The notes under the pieces are model-generated. The model did not search any database. It saw nothing but the letters and a program-made list of their open reading frames with translations, and had not been told where the DNA came from. A stretch of DNA of 64,000 nt from Candidatus Alectryobacillus sp. (lineage in GTDB: Bacteria > Bacillota_I > Bacilli_A > RFN20 > CAG-826): contig DAINNH010000001.1 in assembly GCA_036735985.1 (NCBI GenBank), positions 39,735 to 103,734 of the forward strand, given 5' to 3'. The position numbers and the translations under genes are program-made. Each line of letters opens with the position of its first letter. Position 1 is the first letter of the stretch. This document shows positions 27,514-37,042 of this stretch, piece after piece.

Positions 27514-28392
27514 ATGGAAAAATTTGAGATATTTAGAGGTATTTTAGAACAAGACTTTGCGAAAGCAAATTGTACATTTACAGGAATTCCTTTTGATAAA
27601 AATGCATCAATTGGAAAAGGGGCTAGTTTAGCTCCTGATCATATTCGTGAATTATCGAGAATGGTGCCAGCCACTACTATGAATGGCTATATTCTTGAAG
27701 ATGTTCGTTTATATGATAATGGCAATATTACTACTGAGAACTTTGATAAAATAAAAGCTAAAGTCCTTCAAATATATAAGAATGGGAAGTTTAATTTTAT
27801 TATTGGTGGTGATCATTCAATTGCTATTCCGACTGAACAAGCTTTTTATGACTATGCTACAAGTCTTGGAAAAATACCAACCATTATACACATCGATGCT
27901 CATCCTGATATTTGTGATATTTATGAAGATAATAAGTTTTCACACGCTTGTCCAAACAAAAGATCTTTAGATTATGGATATAAAGATGAAAATATTACAA
28001 TTGTTGGAGTTCGCGGATTTGAAGCTCAAGAAACAAAACTATTTATGGAGCATCCTTTAATAGATGTTTTTAAAGCTTCTGATGTTAGATTGATGGGCGC
28101 CCGTGGATTAGTTAATTATTTAAAGAATAAATATGATGACAATCATCTTATTTATCTTTCTTATGATATTGATGCTAATGATCCAGCTTATGCTCCAGGA
28201 ACTGGTACTCCAGAACCATTTGGTTTAACAAATTGGGAAGTTATTGATACTATTACTGGTATTATTTCTCAACTAAATGTTGGTACATTTGATTTAGTTG
28301 AAGTTTCACCAAAGCTTGATACTAATGATATGACTTCTTATTTAGCAATTAAAACCATCTATGAAATTCTTTATACTTGGAAGAATAAATAA
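27514..28392 (+). CDS. Arginase-fold ureohydrolase (agmatinase / guanidino-acid hydrolase-like)
   Basis: Mn-ligand motifs GGDHSIA, IHIDAHPD, SYDIDANDPAYAPGTGTPEPFG all intact. Confidence 0.8.
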   Translation: MEKFEIFRGILEQDFAKANCTFTGIPFDKNASIGKGASLAPDHIRELSRMVPATTMNGYILEDVRLYDNGNITTENFDKIKAKVLQIYKNGKFNFIIGGDHSIAIPTEQAFYDYATSLGKIPTIIHIDAHPDICDIYEDNKFSHACPNKRSLDYGYKDENITIVGVRGFEAQETKLFMEHPLIDVFKASDVRLMGARGLVNYLKNKYDDNHLIYLSYDIDANDPAYAPGTGTPEPFGLTNWEVIDTITGIISQLNVGTFDLVEVSPKLDTNDMTSYLAIKTIYEILYTWKNK

Positions 28393-29048
28393 TGTGGTCA
28401 AGTATTTTAAAAGATGTTCATAATAGTAAAAATATGCAAGAACTGCTCAGTTTTTTAAATACTGAGTATAAAACACATACCATTTATCCACCTAAAGATG
28501 ACCTTTTTAGATGTTTTAAAGAATGTAAAGAAGAGGATTTAAAAGTAATTATTATAGGCCAAGATCCCTATCATGAACCTCATCAAGCTAATGGCTTAGC
28601 TTTCAGTGTTAATGAAAACATTATGCTTCCTCCGTCATTACAAAACATTTATAAAGAAATTGAAATAGAATTTCATGAAAAATGTAAGGAATCGGGAGAT
28701 TTAACATATTTAGCAAATCAAGGTGTGCTTTTATTAAATAAGTATTTAAGTGTTGTTGCTCACGAACCTTTATCACACAAATGTAAATTATATGATGATC
28801 TTTTTATTGATATTATTACTTCAATAGAAAAATTTGAAAATAAACCATTAGTTTATATGTTATGGGGTAATGAAGCTAAGAATGTAATTCCATTAATAAC
28901 AAATCCAAAACACAAGATAATAACTGCAGTTCATCCATCGCCTTTAAGTGCAAATCGGGGCGGGTGGTTTAATACTAATATATTTATTAATTGTAATAAT
29001 TATTTGAAAGATAACGGGATTAAAACTATTAATTGGGTAAATAAATAG
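28392..29048 (+). CDS. ung: Uracil-DNA glycosylase (family 1)
   Basis: IIGQDPYH, ANGLAFSV, HPSPLSA motifs; TAATG overlap with upstream gene. Confidence 0.9.
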   Translation: MWSSILKDVHNSKNMQELLSFLNTEYKTHTIYPPKDDLFRCFKECKEEDLKVIIIGQDPYHEPHQANGLAFSVNENIMLPPSLQNIYKEIEIEFHEKCKESGDLTYLANQGVLLLNKYLSVVAHEPLSHKCKLYDDLFIDIITSIEKFENKPLVYMLWGNEAKNVIPLITNPKHKIITAVHPSPLSANRGGWFNTNIFINCNNYLKDNGIKTINWVNK

Positions 29049-29061
29049 ACTATAATAGTTA

Positions 29062-29143
29062 AGCGGGGGCTCTATGGAAGGGCTGAGATGATATTGAGTT
29101 GGATATCGTACCGAACTTGATCTAGGTAATACTAGCGGAAGGA
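29062..29143 (+). promoter_or_regulatory. TPP (THI-box) riboswitch
   Basis: GGGGC..CTGAGA..TACCGAACTTGATCTAGGTAATACTAGCG matches the THI element core; TATAAT at 29051-29056 upstream; 3' strand runs into SD AAGGAG (29138-29143). Confidence 0.8.
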
Positions 29144-29152
29144 GAAATTATA

Positions 29153-30217
29153 ATGATTAAGGAAATTTTTAAGGAGATTAAATCACATCAGGCCCAATTT
29201 TGGGAAATTTTAACTGCTTTTGTAGTAACAATTGTTGGTTGCGTATTATTAACAATGGATATCCTTGTTTATAAATCCAATGGTTCTAAACAATTTATTG
29301 CAGGAACGGCAGTGTTTTTTGGTGCTAAGGACTTTCCATTAAATGGTTTTATTGGCTTCTTAAGGTTGTTTATTTTTGCTTTACCTATTCTTGGTTTACT
29401 TTTAGTATGCACATCATATTTTATAAAGCCATTGAAAGGAATGGGCTCATTATTCTTGATGTGTTCAGCCGTTTTAGTACTTTGTGTTCCTTATTTTATT
29501 GATCAAAATGGTGACATTTATGGGGGAACGTTGAAACTAACGATTTATGGTTATGTTTCAATGAGCTTCTTTATAATTGGTGCAGTTTTACTTTTTATGT
29601 CCGAATACACTGATGAAATTTATTCAGTTGGTGAAATCGCTGAAACCGCAATGCTTCTAGCAATGGCTGTTTTGTTCTCATATATTAAGATTTATTCATC
29701 TGATTTTGGGAGCATTAACTTACAAATTATTCCACTGGCTTTAATTGCATTTAGATGTAAATCATCCAGAACGTTCTTATTCTGCGGTGTTATTTATGGT
29801 TTGATTACATGTTTCTTAGATGGTTATGGACTATATTCTTATCCATTAGAATATTTAATTGCTTTTGGTAGTGTATGTATTTTATCATTCTGCCGTAAAC
29901 CATTATTAAACGAAGGAAAACCTGTAGTATACGGATATTTTCTAATTGCTTTACTACTTGGAATTTCAACTTGTATTCGTTATCTTTGCTGTGTTGTTGA
30001 TGCTGTTTTCTTTTATGGAACAACTTGGTCTCAAGCTTTTGTTGGGGCAGCGCTTCCTGTATTTATTTCTGGGTTATTTGCAATTGTTGTTATGGAAATT
30101 TTCTATACAAAACCAATATTCCTTATCAACAAAATGTTTCCACCAGCTGATTATAAGGAATTAACAAAAACGGATGTGGTTGTCGATACAATTGAAGGCG
30201 ATGATACTTTTAAATAA
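29153..30217 (+). CDS. ThiT-like thiamine ECF S-component with ~160-aa extra N-terminal membrane domain
   Basis: C-terminal half (AETAMLLAMAVLFSYIKIY..GSINLQIIPLALIAFR..GLITCFLDGYGLYSYPLEYLIAFGSV) resembles ThiT; TPP riboswitch upstream; N-terminal 4-5 TM region unassigned. Confidence 0.6.
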   Translation: MIKEIFKEIKSHQAQFWEILTAFVVTIVGCVLLTMDILVYKSNGSKQFIAGTAVFFGAKDFPLNGFIGFLRLFIFALPILGLLLVCTSYFIKPLKGMGSLFLMCSAVLVLCVPYFIDQNGDIYGGTLKLTIYGYVSMSFFIIGAVLLFMSEYTDEIYSVGEIAETAMLLAMAVLFSYIKIYSSDFGSINLQIIPLALIAFRCKSSRTFLFCGVIYGLITCFLDGYGLYSYPLEYLIAFGSVCILSFCRKPLLNEGKPVVYGYFLIALLLGISTCIRYLCCVVDAVFFYGTTWSQAFVGAALPVFISGLFAIVVMEIFYTKPIFLINKMFPPADYKELTKTDVVVDTIEGDDTFK

Positions 30218-30251
30218 AATATCAAATAATTAAGAACGGTTGAGTTATTTT

Positions 30252-30287
30252 AGGCATTTATTCTCATTGTATAAATGCCTTTTTATT
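30252..30287 (+). terminator. Intrinsic terminator
   Basis: 10-bp stem AGGCATTTAT / ATAAATGCCT (30252-30261 / 30271-30280), T-run. Confidence 0.65.
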
Positions 30288-30362
30288 ATTTTTGTTTCTT
30301 ATTGTATAATAACTATGTATTTTATAAATAATTTGATATAGTGAATACTCAAGGAGTTGTTT

Positions 30363-31406
30363 ATGATAAAAAGAAAAACTGATGAACAAATAGCGACTGA
30401 AAATAAATTAGATGAAAATAAAGCAATTGAAGAAACAAAAGAATTAAAAAAAGATGAAACTTTAGATTTAAAAGAATCTGAAGAAACCTCTGAGAAAGTA
30501 TATGATATTGATAAAGATTTTGTTAAGCAATTAGACGAACAAAAAAAGCAATATAACAAAAGTATGACTTTAAATAGAGTGCTTTCTATTGTTGTTATGA
30601 TTGCTGTTTTGGTTATGGCCACATTAATATTTACGATTTGGTTAAAAGCTCTCGGCGAAGTGGTGAGCATCATACTTGTGGTCGTTTGCTGTGTTGTTTT
30701 GCTTGTTTACAATTTCGTTGGGAAGAAATTGATTTCAAAAAAAGCGGCCAAATACATAGAAGCTTATTATAGTATATTGATTTCTCATTTCTTAGCTTTT
30801 GAGGGAATTAGTGAAGTTAATAATACAGCTAAAGGCAAAATTGATAAACAAATTTTCATTGATTCTCGTAGTTATCTTGACATCGTTGATACTGGATCAA
30901 GAAACGTCACCACATTTAAGTATAAAGAAGACAAATATACAATGGCAGAAGTAGCCGCTCAAATTAAAGGAAAAAAGTATCTTGAAGCAATTTTTGTTGG
31001 TAAACTTCTTTATTGTGATAATAAATTGAATTTTCCGGGTCGAGTTCTTATTTCAGTCAAAGGCAAAAACGATTTATGGAAACCAGTCGATGATATTCAA
31101 GGACTGAGTGTAGTTGGCGAAAACAAGCGCTTTATTATTTATTCAAATTATGAAAAATATCGTACGATATTAACTCGTGAGGTTATTACTCTTATAGAAG
31201 GTTTTTATGTTAATGCTCATCTTTTTGATGTGTTTATTTCAATTCAAGCTGGTAGAACTTATGTAGGTCTTGATCTTGCTTCCGATTTAATGGATATTCC
31301 AACCAATAAAGATTATGCTGCCCAACCTAATGAAGCCTTAGGAGAAAACATCGAACGTGCTGTTAAATTAATAGATGCTATTAATAATCCAACGAAAGGC
31401 AAATAA
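30363..31406 (+). CDS. Hypothetical membrane protein (acidic N-tail, 2 TM, ~230-aa C-domain)
   Basis: ATG 30363 with AAGGAG 7 nt upstream preferred over track TTG 30357; two hydrophobic helices at aa ~75-120. Confidence 0.55.
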   Translation: MIKRKTDEQIATENKLDENKAIEETKELKKDETLDLKESEETSEKVYDIDKDFVKQLDEQKKQYNKSMTLNRVLSIVVMIAVLVMATLIFTIWLKALGEVVSIILVVVCCVVLLVYNFVGKKLISKKAAKYIEAYYSILISHFLAFEGISEVNNTAKGKIDKQIFIDSRSYLDIVDTGSRNVTTFKYKEDKYTMAEVAAQIKGKKYLEAIFVGKLLYCDNKLNFPGRVLISVKGKNDLWKPVDDIQGLSVVGENKRFIIYSNYEKYRTILTREVITLIEGFYVNAHLFDVFISIQAGRTYVGLDLASDLMDIPTNKDYAAQPNEALGENIERAVKLIDAINNPTKGK

Positions 31407-31408
31407 TA

Positions 31409-31924
31409 ATGAATTATCCGATTTCTATTAAAAGTTTTAAACACGATGGTAGTGTTCACCGCAGTTGGTACAACATTTTTGTTGTTGAAAATAATAGTGA
31501 ATTTATTATTGTGGCTTCAATAAAATCGGGAGTTATAGAAGGTAAGGGTCGTAAGTGGGTAGCTCGAGAGCCAGCTATTACTGTTTTTCCTAAACATAAA
31601 TGGTATAACGTTTGCTGCATGATTCGTGATCAAGGAGTATCGTATTATGTTAACCTTGCCTCTCCTTTAACGATGGAAGATGGTTGTATTAAATATGTGG
31701 ACTATGATTTGGATCTTAAATATAGTTACAATACACCTATAAAATATCTTGATATTAATGAATATCGTAGTAATTCAAAACTAATGAATTATGACGACCA
31801 TTTGGATGGAATTCTAAGGAATACAATAATTGAAGTAAAAAAACTTATGATTGCTCATAAGTTTCCGTTTAATGATAATGAAATTCTTAAAATTTATAAT
31901 AATTTTATGAAGGAACAAAACTAG
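31409..31924 (+). CDS. DUF402-family protein (nucleoside tri/diphosphate phosphatase Ntdp-like)
   Basis: SFKHDGSVHRSW..YYVNLASP..YVDYDLDLK pattern typical of DUF402/UPF0374; 2 nt after upstream stop. Confidence 0.65.
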   Translation: MNYPISIKSFKHDGSVHRSWYNIFVVENNSEFIIVASIKSGVIEGKGRKWVAREPAITVFPKHKWYNVCCMIRDQGVSYYVNLASPLTMEDGCIKYVDYDLDLKYSYNTPIKYLDINEYRSNSKLMNYDDHLDGILRNTIIEVKKLMIAHKFPFNDNEILKIYNNFMKEQN

Positions 31925-32826
31925 TTTACTGATTCAATTTTCTTAATAACGCGTTGAACCTCATCAATTCCTGGTTCAATGCGTCTTTTTTTACCATCAT
32001 AATTACAGACATCACCGATAGCAAAAACGTTTTTGTATATTGTTTCGCAATCTTTATTAACACTAATGTATGGGCCTTCTTCTTTTGACAACATAAATTT
32101 ATTAACTTGAGGAACTGTTCCAAAATTGCAAATAACAGCATCACAATTTAGTGTCTCAGTGTGTTTATCTTTAACAGATTGAATAACAACTGATACAGCT
32201 AATGAATCTTGAATGTTTAAACGTAAAGGAACAAAAGAAAGGCAAATACGGAGATTTGATAAACCTTTGATAGTATCGGCATTCCCTCTGAATTCATCAC
32301 GACGATGAACGAGAGTAATGTGCTTAGCGATGCCTGTTAATTGTTTGGTCCAGTCGAGAGCAGTGTCGCCACCGCCAAAGATAACAATATTTTTATCTTT
32401 AAAGTCGTTTTTATTGGTAACCGAATAGAAGATGTTTTTACAAGCTTCTTCGCCTTCAATGCCCATTTTGCGTGGAGCGGCTAAACCAACACCTACAGCA
32501 AGAACAACAATATCATAGACTTCTTCGCCACGATTTGAACAAATAATGAAACGATATTTTGGAGCTGGTTTAATGCCAGTAACAGTCGTGTTTAAAAAAA
32601 TGTCTCTATGATCACATAAAGAGTAAAGAATATTAACATAAGAAGAAGCGATAAGAGGTTTAATATCAACCAAATCTTCAATCTTCTTTTCGGGATAAAA
32701 TTTTGGAATTTGGCCACCTAAAACTGGTTCAGCCTCATATAGCTTAACGATATATCCTTTTTCTTTGAATTTGATATAAGCATTTAAGCCTACTGGACCG
32801 CCGCCAATTATACATACAGATTTCAT
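31921..32826 (-). CDS. Ferredoxin--NADP+ reductase, TrxR-like (YumC type)
   Basis: IIGGGPVGL, GGQIPKFYPEKKIEDL (YPEK signature), GGGDTALDW, AIGDV; start set to ATG 32826 (MKSVCIIGGG) with TATAAT 6 nt upstream. Confidence 0.75.
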   Translation of the reverse strand: MKSVCIIGGGPVGLNAYIKFKEKGYIVKLYEAEPVLGGQIPKFYPEKKIEDLVDIKPLIASSYVNILYSLCDHRDIFLNTTVTGIKPAPKYRFIICSNRGEEVYDIVVLAVGVGLAAPRKMGIEGEEACKNIFYSVTNKNDFKDKNIVIFGGGDTALDWTKQLTGIAKHITLVHRRDEFRGNADTIKGLSNLRICLSFVPLRLNIQDSLAVSVVIQSVKDKHTETLNCDAVICNFGTVPQVNKFMLSKEEGPYISVNKDCETIYKNVFAIGDVCNYDGKKRRIEPGIDEVQRVIKKIESVN

Positions 32827-32879
32827 GCATTTATTATAAAGCATTTTTATTTGTTTGTGTTATAATTGTTTGGTAAATT

Positions 32880-33344
32880 ATGGAAAATGAAATTGTTATT
32901 TTAACGCATTCAAAAGAAGACACTATTCGCTTAGGAATTGCGATATCCTCTTTTCTTAAAAGAGGGGATGTTATCGAGCTTGGCGGAGATCTTGGAGCTG
33001 GAAAAACTACTCTTACTCAAGGTATTGCTCAAGGTCTTGGCATAAAATCTAAAATTATTTCTCCGACATTTAACATTCTTAAATGCTATTTTAATACTAA
33101 ACTTCATCTATATCATATCGATGCTTATCGTTTAGAAAATAACAAAACTGATATTGGTCTTGATGAGTTTATAGATGGCGACGGTGTTTGTGTTGTTGAG
33201 TGGCCTCAATATATCAAAGAGTTGCTTCCTAGCGATGCCTTAATAGTTGAAATTGTTAATAAAGGAGATAATAATCGTTCGATTACTATTCGTTCTAACA
33301 ATTCGAGATTTGATGATTTAATTTCTGGAATTAGGAGTTTTTAA
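32880..33344 (+). CDS. tsaE: t6A biosynthesis ATPase TsaE
   Basis: GDLGAGKTTLTQGIAQGLG P-loop, HIDAYRL motif. Confidence 0.85.
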   Translation: MENEIVILTHSKEDTIRLGIAISSFLKRGDVIELGGDLGAGKTTLTQGIAQGLGIKSKIISPTFNILKCYFNTKLHLYHIDAYRLENNKTDIGLDEFIDGDGVCVVEWPQYIKELLPSDALIVEIVNKGDNNRSITIRSNNSRFDDLISGIRSF

Positions 33345-33345
33345 T

Positions 33346-33927
33346 ATGTATACATTATTATTGGATAGTTCAAACATTAAATTAGCTGTTGGTTTAGCTA
33401 AAGATAATGTTTTAATTGATGTTATTTGTTATGATGCATGGCAAAGACAATCAGAATATATGATTAATGAAATTGAAAATCTTTATAAAAGAAATAATAT
33501 TTTACCTAAAGATATTTCTGAAATTGTAACAAGTTATGGTCCAGGTTCTTATACTGGCATACGTATTGCGTTAACGATTGCAAAAGTAATGGCGTATGCT
33601 TTAAATTGTAAATTATTTCTTGTTTCATCGTTAGAAATTTTAAAAGATGAAAATAAAGATTCTTTGTGCGTTATGAATGCCCGCAGTAAGAGATCCTATG
33701 TTGGAATATACGGGAATGGTAGAGTTATTTTAAATGATTGTGTTATGACTAATGATGATTTACTTAAGTTAATTCAAGAAAATAAATATGTTTTATGTGG
33801 TGATACTGAGTATTTATTACTTGAGGGATTTGAAAGTAATATCTTAGATGTTATGTTGAAGATAAAACAAAATATCGCTCCTGTAGATAATATTCTTGGA
33901 GTCAAACCTATTTACTTAAAGGATTAA
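33346..33927 (+). CDS. tsaB: t6A biosynthesis protein TsaB
   Basis: LLLDSSN..., GPGSYTGIRIALT motif; position between tsaE and rimI. Confidence 0.8.
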   Translation: MYTLLLDSSNIKLAVGLAKDNVLIDVICYDAWQRQSEYMINEIENLYKRNNILPKDISEIVTSYGPGSYTGIRIALTIAKVMAYALNCKLFLVSSLEILKDENKDSLCVMNARSKRSYVGIYGNGRVILNDCVMTNDDLLKLIQENKYVLCGDTEYLLLEGFESNILDVMLKIKQNIAPVDNILGVKPIYLKD

Positions 33928-33929
33928 TT

Positions 33930-34364
33930 ATGAATTTCGTTAAAGGCTGCGAATCTTTAATAAATGATATTGTGGCTATTGAAAAAAACTGTTTTTCTCA
34001 ACCTTTTGGGAAAAACGATATTGAAAGCGATTTAAAGACAAATCCCTTCTCAAGATTCTATCTTCTTGAAGACAACAACAAATATGTTGGATATATTTCT
34101 TACTGGATTACTTTTGATAGCGCGACTATTTGCCGCTTTGGTGTTTTAAAAGATGAAAGAAAAAAAGGCTATGGACAAAAGCTACTAGACTACGCAATTA
34201 AGGATTGCAGTGAAAGCGGCGTATCAATTATTACTTTGGAAGTACGTGCTTCTAATAAAGAGGCAATTAATCTATATTTAAAAAATGATTTTACAAAAAT
34301 CACTACAAAACCCCATTATTACAGTAATGGAGAAGATGCCATATATATGGCAAAAGGAGTGTAA
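33930..34364 (+). CDS. rimI: Ribosomal-protein-alanine N-acetyltransferase (GNAT)
   Basis: GNAT core RKKGYGQKLLDY, LEVRASNKEAINLY; conserved tsaE-tsaB-rimI-tsaD order. Confidence 0.8.
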   Translation: MNFVKGCESLINDIVAIEKNCFSQPFGKNDIESDLKTNPFSRFYLLEDNNKYVGYISYWITFDSATICRFGVLKDERKKGYGQKLLDYAIKDCSESGVSIITLEVRASNKEAINLYLKNDFTKITTKPHYYSNGEDAIYMAKGV

Positions 34365-34366
34365 TT

Positions 34367-35377
34367 ATGGCAACAATATTAGCAATTGAATCAAGTTGTG
34401 ACGAAACAGCTGTTGCAATTATTAAAGATGGAACTTTGCTTTGCAACGTCGTTTCTTCACAAATTGAGGTTCATCAAAAGTATGGTGGAGTAATGCCAGA
34501 AATTGCATCCCGTTTACATCTTGAAAATATCGGGGCTGTTCTTGATGAAGCTTTAGCTAAATCAAATATTAAACTTGAAGAAGTTGATGCCTTTGCTGTC
34601 ACGCGTGGTCCAGGCCTAATTGGTGCTCTCCATGTTGGGCTTCAAGCTGCTAAAACATTAGCTTTAGTCTACAATAAACCATTAATCCCAGTTCATCACT
34701 TAGCTGGGCATATTTATGCCAATGAATATATTACAAATTTTGTTTTTCCAATGTTGGCTGTTGTAGTCAGTGGCGGAAACACAGAATTGGTATTAATGAA
34801 GGATCAATTAGAATTTGAAATTATTGGTGAAACTCAAGATGATGCCATTGGTGAATGCTTTGATAAAGTAGCGCGCGTAATAGGCTTACCTTATCCAGGT
34901 GGTGTTGCTATTGATAAGCACGCAAAAACTGGTAAACATATTTATGCATTTAAAACACCACATGTTCAAGAAAAATATGATTTCTCATATTCTGGTTTGA
35001 AAACTAGTGTTATTAATTTTGTTAATTCTTGTGATATGAAAAGTATTCCATATAACATCGATGATATCGCTAAATCATTTCAAGATGTAGCTGTAGATGT
35101 TGTTGTTGAAAAAGCATATATGGCTGCAAAAGAATACAATGTTAAAATGGTATGTTTAGCTGGTGGCGTTTCCGCCAATTCTTATTTAAGAGAACAATTT
35201 AGTGAAAAATTTCAAAATGAGCCAATTCAATTAGTTATCCCACCATTATGGTGTACAACCGATAATGCTGCGATGATTGCGAAAGTTGCTACCCATTTAT
35301 ATGACAAAAAAGTGTTTGCCGATTTGTCTCTAGGAGTTGATCCAAATTGGCGCATCGAAGATTATCTTAAGTTTTAG
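34367..35377 (+). CDS. tsaD: tRNA N6-adenosine threonylcarbamoyltransferase TsaD
   Basis: ILAIESSCDETAVAI, GPGLIGALHVG, HHLAGHI, LAGGVSAN motifs. Confidence 0.95.
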   Translation: MATILAIESSCDETAVAIIKDGTLLCNVVSSQIEVHQKYGGVMPEIASRLHLENIGAVLDEALAKSNIKLEEVDAFAVTRGPGLIGALHVGLQAAKTLALVYNKPLIPVHHLAGHIYANEYITNFVFPMLAVVVSGGNTELVLMKDQLEFEIIGETQDDAIGECFDKVARVIGLPYPGGVAIDKHAKTGKHIYAFKTPHVQEKYDFSYSGLKTSVINFVNSCDMKSIPYNIDDIAKSFQDVAVDVVVEKAYMAAKEYNVKMVCLAGGVSANSYLREQFSEKFQNEPIQLVIPPLWCTTDNAAMIAKVATHLYDKKVFADLSLGVDPNWRIEDYLKF

Positions 35378-35429
35378 TTTTAAAAAAAATAATTATATCT
35401 TATAATTAAACAACAAAGAGGAAAGTTTT

Positions 35430-36815
35430 ATGCAAAAAAGAGATTTAAACGATAAAATTCTTTACGAAAGCATTTTATCAAAAGACAACGAATTCATTAC
35501 TGGAACTAAAGTACATTTAGAAGGTTGGGTTAAAACCAATCGTGATAATGGCGCTGTAGGTTTTATTGAATTTAATGATGGAACTTTCTTTAAGAATATT
35601 CAACTTGTGTATAGTGATTCAATCGAAGGGGGAAAAGATATTCCTCATTATGGAATGGGAAGCGCTATCGCTGTTGATGGTGTTGTTAAATTAACTCCTG
35701 AAAATAAACAACCTTTTGAAATTAGTGTTGAAAAGATAGTATTGCTTGGTGGAGTCGATGAAGATTATATGCTCCAAAAGAAGAGAGCATCCTTTGAGTA
35801 TTTAAGAGATTATGCTACTTTAAGACCACGTACAAATACTTTTAATGCAGTTTATAGAGTTCGTTCAGATTTAGCATTTGCAATTCATAGTTATTTCCAT
35901 GAACATGGATTTATTTATGTTCATACACCAGAAATTACTACTAATGATGCTGAAGGTGCCGGTGAAGCATTTAAAGTTGTTACCGATTTAAAGAAACCTG
36001 CTGAGTTTTTTAATGCGAATGCGAGTTTAACCGTGTCGGGTCAATTACATGTTGAGCCTTTTGCTTTAGCTTATCGTGATGTATATACGTTTGGTCCTAC
36101 ATTTAGAGCAGAAAAATCAAATACGACTCGTCATGCAGCCGAATTTTGGATGATTGAACCAGAAATTGCTTTTGCCGATCTTGAAGATGATATGAAATTA
36201 ATTGAAGATTGTCTTAAATACGTTATTAAATATGTTCTTGAACATGATAAAGATGAAATGGAATTCTTTAACACTTGGGTTGATAAGGATTTAATCGCTA
36301 GATTAAACCATGTTGTCAATTCAGACTTTAAAGTTTTGACATATACCGAAGGAATTAAGCTTCTTCAAGAAGCTGTTAAGAACGGCGTTAAATTTGATGT
36401 TAGTGATATTAAGTGGGGAATGGATTTGCAATCTGAACACGAAAGATATCTTACTGAAAAGATTGCCAAATGCCCACTATTCCTTATCAATTATCCTAAA
36501 GAGATTAAAGCTTTCTATATGAGATTAAATGATGATGGCAAGACAGTTGCAGCAGCCGATTTATTGGTTCCAGGAATTGGCGAACTTGTTGGTGGTTCAC
36601 AAAGAGAAGAGCGTGTTGAACTATTAAAAGCCAAGATGGAAGAAATCGGCAACATCAATGGACTCGAATGGTATCTTGATACACGTCGTTATGGCGGATG
36701 CAAACATGCAGGATTTGGAATCGGTTTCGATCGTTTAATTATGTATGTTACTGGAATGACCAATATTCGTGATGTACAGCCTTATCCACGTACATTTGGC
36801 TCTATTAAATATTAA
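35430..36815 (+). CDS. asnS: Asparagine--tRNA ligase
   Basis: Class IIb: [53 protein letters not shown]. Confidence 0.9.
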   Translation: MQKRDLNDKILYESILSKDNEFITGTKVHLEGWVKTNRDNGAVGFIEFNDGTFFKNIQLVYSDSIEGGKDIPHYGMGSAIAVDGVVKLTPENKQPFEISVEKIVLLGGVDEDYMLQKKRASFEYLRDYATLRPRTNTFNAVYRVRSDLAFAIHSYFHEHGFIYVHTPEITTNDAEGAGEAFKVVTDLKKPAEFFNANASLTVSGQLHVEPFALAYRDVYTFGPTFRAEKSNTTRHAAEFWMIEPEIAFADLEDDMKLIEDCLKYVIKYVLEHDKDEMEFFNTWVDKDLIARLNHVVNSDFKVLTYTEGIKLLQEAVKNGVKFDVSDIKWGMDLQSEHERYLTEKIAKCPLFLINYPKEIKAFYMRLNDDGKTVAAADLLVPGIGELVGGSQREERVELLKAKMEEIGNINGLEWYLDTRRYGGCKHAGFGIGFDRLIMYVTGMTNIRDVQPYPRTFGSIKY

Positions 36816-36817
36816 TT

Positions 36818-37009
36818 ATGGACACGAATAATGTAAGTAACGTAACAAACGTTAATGAAAAATCTTTAAATAAGAAAAAACCAGTGATTCTTTCTCCTGA
36901 AGATAAGAAACATCTAGTTTATTTCCGACTATTTATTATTATTTCTATCTTTGTGTTAGTTTTATTAGGTTTAATTATCTATCAAATATACGGACTAGTT
37001 GTTAGATAA
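36818..37009 (+). CDS. Small single-TM protein
   Basis: 63 aa, one hydrophobic helix; starts 2 nt after asnS stop (coupled). Confidence 0.45.
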   Translation: MDTNNVSNVTNVNEKSLNKKKPVILSPEDKKHLVYFRLFIIISIFVLVLLGLIIYQIYGLVVR

Positions 37010-37011
37010 AA

Positions 37012-37042
37012 TAAAAACAGAAGCCTTATGCTTCTGTTTTTT
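37012..37042. terminator. Bidirectional intrinsic terminator
   Basis: A-run, stem ACAGAAGC / GCTTCTGT (37017-37024 / 37030-37037), 5-nt loop, T-run; overlaps last codons of minus-strand gene. Confidence 0.7.
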
